A stretch of DNA of 64,000 nucleotides from an uncultured Gemmatimonadales bacterium (GCA_963716255.1 OY970303.1:64001-128000), one strand, 5' to 3'; counted from the first letter of the stretch, positions 20,080-33,633 are shown. A program made the numbers and translations. The notes: generated by a model from the sequence alone, not told the origin.

Positions 20080-20706
20080 TCAGCGCACGCGCAGGGGACC
20101 GACGAACTTGCCCACGGTCGACTGCTGGTGCCCGGCCCACGTCTCCTGGGCGTAGATGTTCGCGAGCTGCACGTACGAGGCGTACAGGTAGTAGTACCCG
20201 GGCGCCATGCCCGCCGTGCTGACGCCCTCGGGCTCGTGGTGGACCACGCAGTTGTCGCGCGACTTCTGCGTCCAGTGCTCCCGCACCAGCTGGCCCGCCT
20301 GGTTGTAGATGCCCCAGTGCATCACGGTGCCCGGCGCCACCACCCCGGTGAGGTAGATGACGGTGCCCTGCGTCACGTCGTTGCTGAACCCCCAGAACGC
20401 GTGGGTCACCTGGCCGCACTCGTAGTACAGGCTGCTGGTCAGCGGCGCGGGCGCGAGGTTGGCGGCGAAGATGTACGGGCGGAAGGGCGGGTTGAACGGC
20501 GGGACGGTCGTGCCGCCGGTGCCGCCCCCGATCTCCTCGCCTCCCTCGCCGTAGCCGCCGTCGCCGGGAGAGAGCTCGTCGATGGGAGCCATCATGGACG
20601 CGGGAAGCTCGCTCGGGCCGGTCACGGCCTGGCCTCCGGGCGTGTCGCCGCAGCCGGCGAGGGCGATGCAGGCCAGCAGGGCGGCGAGCGGCAGGTGCTT
20701 GGACAT
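20080..20706 (-). CDS. Hypothetical lipoprotein
   Basis: MSKHLPLAALLACIALAGC lipobox; good GC3 codon bias. Confidence 0.7.
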   Translation of the reverse strand: MSKHLPLAALLACIALAGCGDTPGGQAVTGPSELPASMMAPIDELSPGDGGYGEGGEEIGGGTGGTTVPPFNPPFRPYIFAANLAPAPLTSSLYYECGQVTHAFWGFSNDVTQGTVIYLTGVVAPGTVMHWGIYNQAGQLVREHWTQKSRDNCVVHHEPEGVSTAGMAPGYYYLYASYVQLANIYAQETWAGHQQSTVGKFVGPLRVR

Positions 20707-21077
20707 GGAGATCCTTCGAGTGGCGGGTAGGTTACAACGACCATCGGATAGGAACATAATTTTCCACACATTTCCCGTCAAGGTTTTTCGATACATCCGT
20801 TTCCCGGGGATCGGCGAGGCCGTTCCGGCAATCCCCCGGTGCGACCGCGGTCCTCCCGTCGGCCGACCGGCCACGCGCCAGGGGCGTCGCCCCGGCGGCC
20901 GCACGGCAGACAACCCTCCCCCGGCCCCGGGATAGGGCTGCCCGTACCGGAAGCGCGGTACGCGTCGTCCGATTTGCGGCGCGCGGCAGCGGAGCGGGAC
21001 CGGGCCGGTTGCCGCTCCCCGCACCGGCTGGTACCTTTCCGTCTTCCGATCCTCCGACTCTGAACACGACCTGGGCC

Positions 21078-22019
21078 GTGACTTCAGCGATCACCCGGAC
21101 CGACCTGCCCTTCCCCGTCTTCCGCCGCGGGAAGGTGCGGGACGTGTACGACCTGGGCGAGGCGCTGCTCATGGTCGCCACCGACCGCGTCAGCGCCTTC
21201 GACGTGGTCCTCCCCCAGCCCATCCCGCGCAAGGGCGAGGTCCTCACCCTGGTCTCGGCGTGGTGGTTCGGCCGCACCCGCGACGTGGTGCCCAACCACC
21301 TCCTGGCCGTGGACCCCGACGAGATCGCCGCCCGCTACCCCGCCCTGGCCCCCACGCGCGACGTGTGGGCCCGCCGCGCCATGCTGGTGCGGAAGACGGA
21401 GCCCCTGCCCGTGGAGTGCGTGGTGCGCGGCTACCTGGCCGGCTCGGCGTACAAGGAGTACGCGGCGTCCGGGACGCTGGCCGGCGAGCCGCTGCCCGCC
21501 GGGCTGGTGGAGTCGGCCCGGCTGGAGGCGCCCGTGTTCTCCCCGGCCACCAAGGCGGAGACCGGGCACGACGAGAACATCCCCTTTTCCCGCATGGCGG
21601 AGATCGTGGGCGCCGAGACCGCGGAGCGGCTGCGCGATGCGAGCTTCGGGCTGTACCGCCGCGGGCTGGAGATCGCGGCGCGGGCGGGGATCGTGATCGC
21701 GGACACCAAGTTCGAGTTCGGGCGCGACCCCGACGGCTCGCTCCGGCTGATCGACGAGGTGCTGACGCCGGACTCGTCGCGCTTCTGGCCGGCGGACCGC
21801 TACGCCCCGGGGCGCGGGCAGCCGTCGTTCGACAAGCAGCCGCTGCGCGACCACCTGCAGCGCCTCGCCGACGAGGACCGCTGGGACATGCGGCCGCCGG
21901 GGCCGGACCTCCCCCCGGAGGTGGTGGAGGAAACGTCGCGCCGCTACCAGGACGCCTTCCGCCGCATCACCGGCTGCGCGCTGGACGACTTTCCTCTCCC
22001 CACGGAGGTGGACGGGTGA
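21078..22019 (+). CDS. purC: SAICAR synthase
   Basis: RGKVRDVY, TDRVSAFD, ECVVRGYLAGS, ADTKFEFG, DEVLTPDSSRFW. Confidence 0.96.
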   Translation: MTSAITRTDLPFPVFRRGKVRDVYDLGEALLMVATDRVSAFDVVLPQPIPRKGEVLTLVSAWWFGRTRDVVPNHLLAVDPDEIAARYPALAPTRDVWARRAMLVRKTEPLPVECVVRGYLAGSAYKEYAASGTLAGEPLPAGLVESARLEAPVFSPATKAETGHDENIPFSRMAEIVGAETAERLRDASFGLYRRGLEIAARAGIVIADTKFEFGRDPDGSLRLIDEVLTPDSSRFWPADRYAPGRGQPSFDKQPLRDHLQRLADEDRWDMRPPGPDLPPEVVEETSRRYQDAFRRITGCALDDFPLPTEVDG

Positions 22020-22906
22020 ACCTTCCCGGCAGGAACGCGGGGGTGCACCCGCGGCGGCGGCTGCGCCGGGGGATCGTCATCCTCCCCAGCGCCTTCACCC
22101 TGGGCAACCTGTTCCTGGGGATCTGGGCCATCGTGGAAGCCACCCGCGGCGAGTTCGCCATGGCGGGGTGGCTGATCGTGGGCGCCGCCTTCATGGACAT
22201 GTTCGACGGGCGCATCGCCCGCATCACCGCCACCGGCAGCCCCTTCGGCGAGGAGCTGGACTCGCTGGTGGACGCAGTGTCCTTCGGGGTGGCGCCGGCG
22301 CTGATCGCCTACTTCGCCTTCTTCAACCGGGGAGGGGAGTGGAGCTGGATCATCTCCTTCCTGTACATCGTCGCCGCGATCCTGCGGCTGGCCCGCTTCA
22401 ACATCGAGCAGGCGGGGACCGCGAAGTCGGCGTTCCACGGCCTTCCCTCCCCCACCGCGGGGGTATGCGTCGCCACCTTCTTCGCCTTCACGCAGACGCC
22501 GTTCTGGCGGGAGGTCTTCCCGCGGGTGAACGTGCACCGCGCGGCGGGGTGGCTGGTGCTGGGGGTGGCGATCCTGATGATCAGCAACGTGCTGTACTCG
22601 GTGGTGCCCCGCTTCGGGCTGCGCACCTGGGGCGGCCGCCTGGCCTTCTTCCTGGCCTTCGCGAGCATCTTCGCCGCGTTCACGGTGCCGCAGTACTTCT
22701 TCTTTCCCATGGGGATCCTGTACATCACGGTCGGGCTGGTGCGGACCGTGCTTGCAGGGTTCGAGGAGCGGCTGCCGGACCGGGATCCCATGATCCTGGA
22801 GGAGGAGGAGGAGCCCGAGTCGCAGCGCGACCTGGAGTACGAGGAGATCCGACCCGCGGCGCACCGGGGCGAGCCGCGGCCCGACAACGAGGAGCCGACG
22901 ACGTGA
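22016..22906 (+). CDS. pssA: CDP-diacylglycerol--serine O-phosphatidyltransferase
   Basis: [18 protein letters not shown]...[26 protein letters not shown]. Confidence 0.88.
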   Translation: MNLPGRNAGVHPRRRLRRGIVILPSAFTLGNLFLGIWAIVEATRGEFAMAGWLIVGAAFMDMFDGRIARITATGSPFGEELDSLVDAVSFGVAPALIAYFAFFNRGGEWSWIISFLYIVAAILRLARFNIEQAGTAKSAFHGLPSPTAGVCVATFFAFTQTPFWREVFPRVNVHRAAGWLVLGVAILMISNVLYSVVPRFGLRTWGGRLAFFLAFASIFAAFTVPQYFFFPMGILYITVGLVRTVLAGFEERLPDRDPMILEEEEEPESQRDLEYEEIRPAAHRGEPRPDNEEPTT

Positions 22907-23172
22907 CGGAATACCAGATCGAGGTCCGGGTCACCCCCCGCCGGGGGATCCTGGACCCGCAGGGGAAGGCGGTGGGCGGGGCGCTGGCCTCGCTCGGCTT
23001 CGAGGGCGTCTCCGAGGTGCACGTGGGGCGCCTGGTGGTGTTCACCCTGGCCGCGGGCGGCGAGGACGAGGCGCGCGAGCGGGTGGACGCCATGTGCCGG
23101 CAGCTGCTGGCCAACCCGGTCACGGAGGACTTCCACGTCCGCGTCGCCGCGGCGGAGGCGGCGGGGCGATGA
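22903..23172 (+). CDS. purS: FGAM synthase subunit PurS
   Basis: ILDPQGKAV...[10 protein letters not shown]. Confidence 0.95.
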   Translation: MTEYQIEVRVTPRRGILDPQGKAVGGALASLGFEGVSEVHVGRLVVFTLAAGGEDEARERVDAMCRQLLANPVTEDFHVRVAAAEAAGR

Positions 23173-23864
23173 GGCTGGGCGTGGTGACCTTCCCGGGCTC
23201 CAACTGCGACTACGACTGCTACAAGGCGATCGAGGAGGGGCTGGGCGCGGAGGCGGTCTACCTGTGGCACAAGGAGCACGACCTGGGCGGGGTGGACGCG
23301 GTCTTCCTCCCCGGCGGCTTCTCCTACGGCGACTACCTGCGCGCCGGGGCCATCGCCTCGCTGAGCCCCATCATGCGCGAGGTGGCGGCGTTCGCGGAGG
23401 CGGGCGGGCCGGTGGCGGGCATCTGCAACGGCTTCCAGATCCTGTGCGAGGCCGGTCTGCTGCCGGGCGCGCTGATCCGCAACCGCAGTCTCAAGTTCGC
23501 CTCGCGCGCGGTGCACCTGCGCGTGGAGAGCGCGGACACGCCGTTCACCTCCGCGTACCGGCCCGGGCAGCTGCTGCGCATTCCCATCGCCCACGGCGAG
23601 GGGTGCTACATCGCCGAGCCGGACGTGCTGGCGGCGCTGGAGGCGGAGGGGCGCGTGGCGTTCCGCTACGTGGACGCCGCCGGCCTGGAAAGCGCGGAGG
23701 CGAACCCCAACGGCTCGCTGAACCACATCGCCGGCGTGGTGAACCAGCGCGGCAACGTGCTGGGGATGATGCCCCACCCGGAGCGGGCCGTCAGCGAGGT
23801 GCTGGGCTCCACCGACGGGATGGGCTTCTTCCGCTCGCTGGCGGACCACCTGGTCCGCGCCTGA
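23169..23864 (+). CDS. purQ: FGAM synthase subunit PurQ
   Basis: [33 protein letters not shown]. Confidence 0.97.
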   Translation: MRLGVVTFPGSNCDYDCYKAIEEGLGAEAVYLWHKEHDLGGVDAVFLPGGFSYGDYLRAGAIASLSPIMREVAAFAEAGGPVAGICNGFQILCEAGLLPGALIRNRSLKFASRAVHLRVESADTPFTSAYRPGQLLRIPIAHGEGCYIAEPDVLAALEAEGRVAFRYVDAAGLESAEANPNGSLNHIAGVVNQRGNVLGMMPHPERAVSEVLGSTDGMGFFRSLADHLVRA

Positions 23865-23887
23865 AACCCCACCCGAGGAGGACCGCG

Positions 23888-24649
23888 ATGCGCACGAGCA
23901 AGCTCCTGTTCCCGGCCGCCGGTCTCGCCGTTCTCCTCGCCGTCCCCGCCGCCGCGCAAACGGTCCGCGCCGGGATGACGGAGAGCCAGGTCCGCTCCAC
24001 GCTGGGCGCGCCCGCGGCCACCCGCCGCGCCCCCGACGGGTGGAGCTACCTGTTCTACCTCAACGGCTGCGCGGTGCGCTGCGGCTCGGACGACGTGGTC
24101 TTTTTGCGCGAGGACCGCGTGGTCACCGCGGTGTTCCGCACCCCCCGGCGCCGCTTCGCCGGGCCGGCCCCCGCGGCGGTGCTGGAGGGCGGGCCCGCGG
24201 GGCCGGCGCGCTCCGCGCCCTCCGGCGCCGCCCGCCCCTCCGCCGGCGGCCATCCGCGCGCCGTGGAGCCGGAGCCGGGCCGGGCCACCGTGACCGGGAT
24301 CCGCGTCACCCTGCCCGGGAGCGAGAACCTGTCCGTGGGGAGCGGCCAGCCGGCCGCGGGCTCGTCGGGGCGCAGCGGGATCATCGTGTACCCGGACGAG
24401 GCGCGGCGGCAGGAGACCGCCCCGGCGCCGCGCGGCGTCATCATCATCCGCGACGCCCTGGGGACCGAGATCGTGCAGTCCGACAGCGCCCTGGACCGCA
24501 CCCGGCAGGAGCGCGAGCGCAACGTGACGCCGCGCACCATCCGCCCCGACAACCGCGAGTCCGCCGTGGCGGACTCCGCGATGACCCCGGCGATCCGCGA
24601 GCGCGAAAAGGCCGTGGCGCCCCGGACCGTCCGGCCGCGCCCCCGTTAA
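23888..24649 (+). CDS. Secreted protein with SmpA/BamE-like N-terminal domain
   Basis: [10 protein letters not shown]; signal peptide (AVPAAA-Q); [14 protein letters not shown]...WSYLFY. Confidence 0.6.
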   Translation: MRTSKLLFPAAGLAVLLAVPAAAQTVRAGMTESQVRSTLGAPAATRRAPDGWSYLFYLNGCAVRCGSDDVVFLREDRVVTAVFRTPRRRFAGPAPAAVLEGGPAGPARSAPSGAARPSAGGHPRAVEPEPGRATVTGIRVTLPGSENLSVGSGQPAAGSSGRSGIIVYPDEARRQETAPAPRGVIIIRDALGTEIVQSDSALDRTRQERERNVTPRTIRPDNRESAVADSAMTPAIREREKAVAPRTVRPRPR

Positions 24650-24662
24650 AGACAGGAGAACC

Positions 24663-26975
<2,313 letters not shown>

Positions 26976-27018
26976 CCGGGCGCGGACGGACGTCCCAACA
27001 TAGAAGGCGAACCGACTC

Positions 27019-28404
27019 ATGTGTGGAATCGTAGCGGTCTCCGGCACGCCCGAGGCCGCGAAGCTGGCCTACCTGGGGCTGCACGCGCTCCAGCACCGCG
27101 GACAGGAGGCGGCCGGGATCGTGGCGTTCGACGCCCGCGAGGGGGTCGCGCACCGGGTCCGCGAGGCGGGGCTGATCTCCGAGATCTTTTCCGAGGAGAA
27201 GCTGGCCAAGCTCCCCGGCGAGGTGGCGGTGGGGCACATCCGCTACTCCACGGCGGGGGGCGCGGGACTCAAGAACGCGCAGCCCATCCGCGTCACCTAC
27301 CGCGAGGGGCACCTGGCCCTGGTGCACAACGGCAACCTCACCAACGCGGGCGAGCTTCGCAACCGGCTGGTCAACGAGGGAGCGCTCTTCCAGAGCACCA
27401 TCGACAGCGAGGTGGTGGTGCACCTGGTCGCGCGCTCGCACCGCGAGGGGGTGGAGGCGCAGATCGACGACGCGCTCTCGCAGCTGCAGGGCGCCTTCTC
27501 GGTGCTGATCACCGTGGGCGACACGCTGTACGCGGCGCGCGACCCCTGGGGGTACCGCCCGCTGGTGATCGGGCACCTCCCCGGGGGCGGGCTGGTGCTG
27601 GCCTCGGAGAGCTGCGCGCTGGACATCATGGGCGCGCGCTTCCTGCGCGACGTGGAGCCGGGCGAGGTGCTGCGAATCCGCGGCACGGAGATGACGCGGC
27701 TGCGCCCGCTCCCCCCGGAGGGCGCGCCGCAGCCGTGCGTCTTCGAGCTGGTGTACTTCGCGCGGCCGGACACCCGGCTGTGGGGGTACACGGTGGACCG
27801 GGCCCGGCGCGCCTTCGGGCGGCGCCTGGCGGAGGAGCAGCCGGCGGACGCGGACATCGTCATCTCCGTCCCCGACTCCGCCAACTCGGCGGCGCTGGGA
27901 TACGCGGAGGCGTCGGGGATCCCCTTCGAGCTGGGGCTGATCCGCAACCACTACGTGGGCCGCACCTTCATCGAGCCCAGCCAGGCCGGGCGCGACTTCA
28001 AGGTGCGCCTCAAGTACAACGCGGTCCGCGAGGTGCTGGCCGGGAAGCGGGTGGTGGTGGTGGACGACTCGCTGGTGCGCGGCACCACCTCGCGCGGGCT
28101 GGTGAGCCTGCTGCACGACGCGGGGGCGCGCGAGGTGCACTTCCGCTTCGCCTCGCCGCCGGTACGCCATCCCTGCTTCTACGGCATCGACATGCCCAGC
28201 GAGGCGGAGCTGATCGCCGCCCACAAGACGGTGGAGCAGATCCGCGACTACCTGCGGGTGGAGTCCATCGGCTACCTGTCGCTGGAGGGAATGCTGGACT
28301 GCGTCAAGGACGCGGGGACCTTCTGCACGGCGTGCTTCTCGGGCGACTACCGCGCGCCTCTGGTGGACATGGAGCGCGGCCTGGCGATGTCGTCGCACTG
28401 CTGA
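27019..28404 (+). CDS. purF: Amidophosphoribosyltransferase
   Basis: MCGIV, LQHRGQE, GHIRYST, HNGNL, VDDSLVRGTTS, PCFYGID. Confidence 0.97.
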   Translation: MCGIVAVSGTPEAAKLAYLGLHALQHRGQEAAGIVAFDAREGVAHRVREAGLISEIFSEEKLAKLPGEVAVGHIRYSTAGGAGLKNAQPIRVTYREGHLALVHNGNLTNAGELRNRLVNEGALFQSTIDSEVVVHLVARSHREGVEAQIDDALSQLQGAFSVLITVGDTLYAARDPWGYRPLVIGHLPGGGLVLASESCALDIMGARFLRDVEPGEVLRIRGTEMTRLRPLPPEGAPQPCVFELVYFARPDTRLWGYTVDRARRAFGRRLAEEQPADADIVISVPDSANSAALGYAEASGIPFELGLIRNHYVGRTFIEPSQAGRDFKVRLKYNAVREVLAGKRVVVVDDSLVRGTTSRGLVSLLHDAGAREVHFRFASPPVRHPCFYGIDMPSEAELIAAHKTVEQIRDYLRVESIGYLSLEGMLDCVKDAGTFCTACFSGDYRAPLVDMERGLAMSSHC

Positions 28405-28494
28405 CCGGACCCCACTGGACGCCAGGGAGAAACGAGGAGCCGGCCGCGCGCGTGACCGGCTCCCTTTTCGTCTCCGGATTCCGATGATCCCGGT

Positions 28495-29052
28495 CTACGG
28501 GCGCCAGCGGATGCCCAGGTTGAGGCGCGAGACGCCGAGCACCTTGCCGCCGCCGAGTTCGATGTCGCGATCCCACTCGCCCCGCGAATAGCTCATCCCC
28601 GCGTCCATGCCCAGGTTGGGGCTGAGGAAGTACTCCACCCCGGCGCCGCCGGTGAGCGCCGTGCCGCTGAAGCGGGCGCCGCCACGAAGGGCGCCCACCC
28701 CGGTGAACGCACCCTCCACGTAGGGCCGCAACGCCCCGGGGGCCGCACCGAAGCTGTAGCGCGCGCCCACGTCGAGGTAGGTGGAACTGTATGCGTAGTC
28801 GCCGCGCGTGAACAGCGTGAGCCGGTCGCTCACCCCGTATCCGAGCGTAACCCCCAGGCCGGCGGAAGCTCTGTTCCCGGACGGGAGGCCGGTCCCCGCG
28901 ACGCCGCCGTTGAAGTTCAGGCCCAGCATGAAGCCGCGGAGGTCGGACTGCGCGACGGGTGGCGCGGCCGGGGCTTCCTGCGCGGCCGCGGAGCCGGCCG
29001 CGAGCGCGGCGGCGACAAGGGCGAGCGCGACCGTCGGACGGGATTTCGTCAT
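28495..29052 (-). CDS. Small outer-membrane beta-barrel protein
   Basis: Signal peptide, alternating beta strands, GGAGVEYF, C-terminal LNLGIRW. Confidence 0.75.
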   Translation of the reverse strand: MTKSRPTVALALVAAALAAGSAAAQEAPAAPPVAQSDLRGFMLGLNFNGGVAGTGLPSGNRASAGLGVTLGYGVSDRLTLFTRGDYAYSSTYLDVGARYSFGAAPGALRPYVEGAFTGVGALRGGARFSGTALTGGAGVEYFLSPNLGMDAGMSYSRGEWDRDIELGGGKVLGVSRLNLGIRWRP

Positions 29053-29446
29053 GAGCATCCTGGAGCAGGGGTAGGACTGCGGCGGCGCGGGCGGGTCCCG
29101 CGCCTCTCCGGTGTGGCGGGACGGTCCTACACGCGCGCCGCGTCGGGAGATCCATTCGACCCCTCGCGTGCGTTTCGCCGCTCCCCGATTCGCCTTCGCG
29201 CTCCCCACGGGTGCACAGTCCACCGGTGGAGTCGCCTCCATCCGGGGGCTCCGTACATCACGGTCTCGACCCACCGGCACGTCCACCAAGCATTTCGCGA
29301 CAGGATCCTTTCGCCGCCGGGAGCCCGGCTCTATACTGTCTCCGCCGCAGAACCGTGTTCCAGTCGCGTTCCTCACGCGATGCTGGGGCCGCGATGCCGG
29401 CACCCCTCCCGCGGTCCACCTTCCCCGATCCACCCGACAGAGGCCC

Positions 29447-30973
29447 ATGCGACGCGCACACGGTGTGGTTGCAGTGCTCACCCTCTCCTTTCTCGCGCTG
29501 CCCTCGTGCCGCGGCGAAGACGTCCGGCCGCCACAGGCGGAGCTGGCGGCCGGCGACACCACGTACAACCCCTGGTGCGCAAGCGGGACGCAGACGCAGC
29601 TCTGCCCCCACGTCCCGCACGAGGTGGACGTCACGCTGCCGGACGGCTATTCGGGGCTGATCCCGGCGGACCAGGTGCGCTTCGACGACTTCTCGTGGCA
29701 GAGCTTCGTGGCGCTCAACTGGCCCGCGGGGTCCGACGGCCGACCGCTGGGAACCGACTTCCGCGCCAACCCCGGCGCGCCCCGCGTGTGGGAGGGGTAC
29801 CCGGACGCCATCACCGTCTTCCGCGGGGGCGTGCCGATCCCCTGCAACGCGGGCGGCGGCAAGATGCTGGTGCAGATGGCAAAGAACGGGCAGGTGGTGG
29901 ACCCGGACGGCTCGTTCGACGAGGCGGTGGGCGGTCCGCTGATCGACCGGGACCTGAACTTCGCCGTCTACGAGAAGAAGATGAACCCGGACGAGGTGCG
30001 GTTCGTCACGCAAAACGGCTACAACACCGTGCAGGGGCAGGCGAAGGCGGACAGCATCCGCTTTCCCGTCGGCTTCTACACCGACTCGGCGCACACGCAG
30101 GGGCCCGTGGGCTCAATGGAGATCAAGGCGACGTGGAGGGTGGTGCAGCCGGCGGACAGCGCGCGCTTCTACACCCGCGCCGCCGTCCTCTACGTCCCGG
30201 CGGCGCACAGCGCCACGGGGCAGCCGCTGTGCCTGAACACCACCGTGGGACTGGTGGGGATGCACATCCTCCACAAGACCAGGAACTTTCCGTCGTGGAT
30301 CTGGAGTACCTTCGAGCACGTGGACAATGCGCCACAGTGCCTGCCCGGCCAGACCGGCGCCTGCGGCGACAGCACCACCTTCTCGTTCTACAACTCCGAG
30401 TGCACGACCTGCCCGCTGAACACCCCCGCCAGCAGCGGGAGCGACAGCACCTTCCTGTGGGAGCCGGACCCGCCCCACGCACGCCGGTACGCGATCGGCG
30501 GCCGGTACGGCGCGCAGATCACGCGCACGCAGGCCGTCCCCAGCTTCACCGACTCCACCAGCCGCGCGTGGCAGCAGCGGGTGCAGGGAACGGTGTGGGC
30601 CAACTACCGCCTGGTCGGCAGCCAGTGGCAGGTGACACACCTGGACGTCCCCGGCGGCGGGAGCAGGAACGTTCCCGACACGCTCCGCAACACCACGCTG
30701 GAAAGCTTCATCCCCGACACGTCGTCGTGCCTCGGCTGCCACGGCGCGTTCGCGAGCTCCGCGGCAAAGGACGGCAGCGGCGACTTCAGCTTCCTGCTCG
30801 GCATGGCCGGCAAGGGCCTCACCTCGCTCCCGCCCGGAGTCGCGCGCAGGATCGCGCAGGCCGGAGCGCAGCCGGCCACGCGCGCGCACGCCGGCGCCGG
30901 CGCGCCCGGCGGCGCCCCGGGCGGCCGCGACACGGCGAGGGGGCGCGACACGGCCCGGACGCGGCCCCGGTAA
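29447..30973 (+). CDS. Lipoprotein with a single C-terminal CxxCH (uncharacterised cytochrome c family)
   Basis: LALPSC lipobox-like; FSWQSFVALNWP, GMHILHK, WIWSTFEH; SSCLGCH. Confidence 0.75.
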   Translation: MRRAHGVVAVLTLSFLALPSCRGEDVRPPQAELAAGDTTYNPWCASGTQTQLCPHVPHEVDVTLPDGYSGLIPADQVRFDDFSWQSFVALNWPAGSDGRPLGTDFRANPGAPRVWEGYPDAITVFRGGVPIPCNAGGGKMLVQMAKNGQVVDPDGSFDEAVGGPLIDRDLNFAVYEKKMNPDEVRFVTQNGYNTVQGQAKADSIRFPVGFYTDSAHTQGPVGSMEIKATWRVVQPADSARFYTRAAVLYVPAAHSATGQPLCLNTTVGLVGMHILHKTRNFPSWIWSTFEHVDNAPQCLPGQTGACGDSTTFSFYNSECTTCPLNTPASSGSDSTFLWEPDPPHARRYAIGGRYGAQITRTQAVPSFTDSTSRAWQQRVQGTVWANYRLVGSQWQVTHLDVPGGGSRNVPDTLRNTTLESFIPDTSSCLGCHGAFASSAAKDGSGDFSFLLGMAGKGLTSLPPGVARRIAQAGAQPATRAHAGAGAPGGAPGGRDTARGRDTARTRPR

Positions 30974-31228
30974 GCACGCAATCGTGTGAAGCGGCCCCGG
31001 GCCGCGAAGGGAGCCGGCCACGGGCGCGCGGCCGGCTCCTTTCTTCCTGTTCGGACCCGGCTTCCCCGTCCCTGCACGATGTCGTCATAGCTACGGCGGC
31101 CTCCCGGTGTGGGGCAAACCCCGACTTGCCTTCCCCCCGCGGCGCGGCCTAGCTTGTGGCGGGGCGCGGTGCTTGCGGCGCCTCGCCACGCTTCCGTTCC
31201 AGATCATTCCGTGCCTGAGGGAGGCCCG

Positions 31229-32323
31229 ATGAAGTACCGCACCTATCCCGGGACCGACATCACCGTTTCCGAGGTCGGCTTCGGCCTGTGGACGCTCGCC
31301 GCCGGCTGGTGGGGCGAGTTCACGGACGAGCAGGCGATCTCCATGCTGCACCGCGCCCACGACCTGGGGATCACCACCTTCGACTCGGGCGACAGCTACG
31401 GCAACGGCCGCGCGGACGAGCTGCTGGGCCGCGCCTTCGCCGATCGCCGCGACCGGGTGACCATCACCACCAAGATCGGCTACGACTTCTACGCGCACCC
31501 CGACGCGCGCCGCGGGCAGCAGGAGATCCCGCACAACGCCTCGCCCGAGCACATCCGCTTCGCCGTGGACGAGACGCTGCGGCGCCTGGGCGGCGACGTG
31601 GTGGACATCGTCTCGTACCACAACACGCACGAGGAGCACGTCCCCGACGACGCGATCTGGGAAACGCTCCAGCGCCTCCAGGACGAGGGGAAGATCCGCG
31701 CCTGGGGCGCCGCCCTGGGGCCGTCCAACGGCTACCTGTTCGAGGGGCTGGACCTGGTCCGCGAGCGCGGCGTCCGCAACCTCCAGCTCATCGACAACGT
31801 CCTGGAGCCCTTCCCCGGCCGGGCGCTCACCGAAGCCGCCGAGCAGAGCGGGCGCACCGGCGTGCAGGTGCGGGTGACGCACTCGTCGGGGATGCTGGAG
31901 GGCAAGTACACCGAGGACACCGAGTTCGCCAAGAACGACCACCGGCGGCACCGGCCCCGCTCCTGGCTGATCAACGGCCTCAAGAAGCTGGAGTCGCTGC
32001 GCTGGCTGCACGAGGGGCGCGACATGACCCTCGGGCAGGCTGCGCTCAAGTACCTGCTGACCTCGCCGGCGGTGATGACCACGCTCCCCAACATCTACAA
32101 CGTGGAGCAGCTGGAGGAGTTCGCCGCCGCCTCCGACAAGCCGGACCTTTCGGCGGAGGACATGGAGAGCATCCGCGAGCTGCAGCGCGTGAACTTCCAC
32201 GTGCACGAGGAGCACATGCGGTACAAGGGGACCATGCTCCGGGACGGCGAGCCGGTCGCGCCGGTGTACCGTTACGAAGGGGACGGCTACCCGGTCGCGG
32301 ACATGGCGGGGGCGGCGGACTGA
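31229..32323 (+). CDS. Aldo/keto reductase
   Basis: VSEVGFG, FDSGDSYGNG, TTKIG, LQDEGKIR. Confidence 0.9.
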   Translation: MKYRTYPGTDITVSEVGFGLWTLAAGWWGEFTDEQAISMLHRAHDLGITTFDSGDSYGNGRADELLGRAFADRRDRVTITTKIGYDFYAHPDARRGQQEIPHNASPEHIRFAVDETLRRLGGDVVDIVSYHNTHEEHVPDDAIWETLQRLQDEGKIRAWGAALGPSNGYLFEGLDLVRERGVRNLQLIDNVLEPFPGRALTEAAEQSGRTGVQVRVTHSSGMLEGKYTEDTEFAKNDHRRHRPRSWLINGLKKLESLRWLHEGRDMTLGQAALKYLLTSPAVMTTLPNIYNVEQLEEFAAASDKPDLSAEDMESIRELQRVNFHVHEEHMRYKGTMLRDGEPVAPVYRYEGDGYPVADMAGAAD

Positions 32324-32344
32324 CCTGCGGATGAACGGCGCGGC

Positions 32345-32476
32345 TCGGGCGTGCCCCCGGCTGGCGCCGGGGTCGGGCTTCGGCTCCGTTAAGCACGATA
32401 CGACCGTGCTTAACGGAGTCGAGCCCCGGCAAACCGCCGCCGGGTCTCGCCCCTTCGGGCCGTAATCCCTCACGCG
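32345..32476 (+). repeat. Repeat family B, copy 2
   Basis: Reverse complement of B1. Confidence 0.9.
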
Positions 32477-32709
32477 GTTGGGAGCGTGACCCCGGCCTGC
32501 TGCCGTTGATTCCCACCGTTCGCGAACGAGCCGCCCCGGCCGATGGCCGGGGCGGCTCTCGTTCGTCGGGGACCCGGCTGCCGCATGCCGGCCCCCGATC
32601 GTGGCGCTCTCCCCTCATCCTGTTGCGCGTCCACCACACTTTCGCGCGTCCCCGTGGGGGCTCCGCCCCACACCTCGCCGGCGCCGGCACCGTCGCCGTC
32701 CCCCTCCCC

Positions 32710-32751
32710 TGCAACGTTTCGTTGCATCCGCCGCTGCAAAGTTTCGTTGCA
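32710..32751. promoter_or_regulatory. Tandem palindromic TGCA-N9-TGCA sites (candidate bEBP enhancer)
   Basis: TGCAACGTTTCGTTGCA (32710) and TGCAAAGTTTCGTTGCA (32735). Confidence 0.6.
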
Positions 32752-32900
32752 GATCCGGCGAAGATGGAAAACCGCGTTACAGCGACACACTCGGCTTTCC
32801 GCGATTCGGAATCGCAGCGAATCGGTTTATTTCACCTCACGACGACACCTTCCAGCGCCTGCAAAACGCGAAATCCGGCTTTCCGACAATTCGGGATTCC

Positions 32901-32916
32901 GGGTACACGCGTTGCC
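32901..32916 (+). promoter_or_regulatory. Candidate sigma54 (-24/-12) promoter
   Basis: GGGTAC-ACGCG-TTGC, GG-N10-GC spacing, 60 bp upstream of ATG 32976. Confidence 0.55.
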
Positions 32917-32975
32917 ATGGTGTCCGGCATGGCGGACCGGTTCCCATCCCATCAAATCCCCCGAGGAGACGGACG

Positions 32976-33593
32976 ATGAAAGGCAAGTTCATTCGGATGT
33001 GCAGCATCCTGGCGGCTACGGCGGCCCTGTCGTACGGGTGCGGCGAGGCCGCAGCGCCGCTGGCCCCGGAGCAGCCGGCGAACGGGCTGGTAGGCGACGT
33101 CCTCGGCATCGTGACCGAGGTCCTGACGCCCGTGACGGTGCTCCAGCGCACCAATCCCCTGGCGCGGGACATCTCCGTCTCCGAGGAGATCGGCAAGGAC
33201 GGCGGGACCATCGAGATCCGCGAGGCGGGAATCAAGGTCATCTTCCCGAAGAACGCCCTCGCTCCCCCCAAGAGCAAGAAGACGATGACCATCACCGTCA
33301 CCGCCCTCAAGGGCGACGACGTGGCCTACACCTTCCAGCCGCACGGGATCGAGTTCCGCGAGCCGGTCAGGATCGAGCAGGAGTTCAAGGGCACGAACGC
33401 CGAAAGGAACAAGGCGCTCATCGCCAGCCTGGAAGGCGCCTACTTCCCCTCGGTCAACTACCTGGATCCGCTTCGCGGCATCGCCAACGTGCTGGAGTTC
33501 CGGCCCACCAGCATGGACGTGTCCGGGAGCAAGGTCAAGTTCACCGTCGACCACTTCTCCGGCTACCTCATCGCGAGCGGGCGCCACCGGTAG
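32976..33593 (+). CDS. Lipoprotein with ZU5-like domain and C-terminal HFS motif
   Basis: GAGGAG RBS; LSYGC lipobox; IGKDGGTIEIREAGIKVIFPKNAL...FQPHGIEFREPV; ends VDHFSGYLIASGRHR. Confidence 0.75.
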   Translation: MKGKFIRMCSILAATAALSYGCGEAAAPLAPEQPANGLVGDVLGIVTEVLTPVTVLQRTNPLARDISVSEEIGKDGGTIEIREAGIKVIFPKNALAPPKSKKTMTITVTALKGDDVAYTFQPHGIEFREPVRIEQEFKGTNAERNKALIASLEGAYFPSVNYLDPLRGIANVLEFRPTSMDVSGSKVKFTVDHFSGYLIASGRHR

Positions 33594-33633
33594 CCACCGG
33601 CCCCGCTCACCACGACAGGAAGCGAGAAGAACC

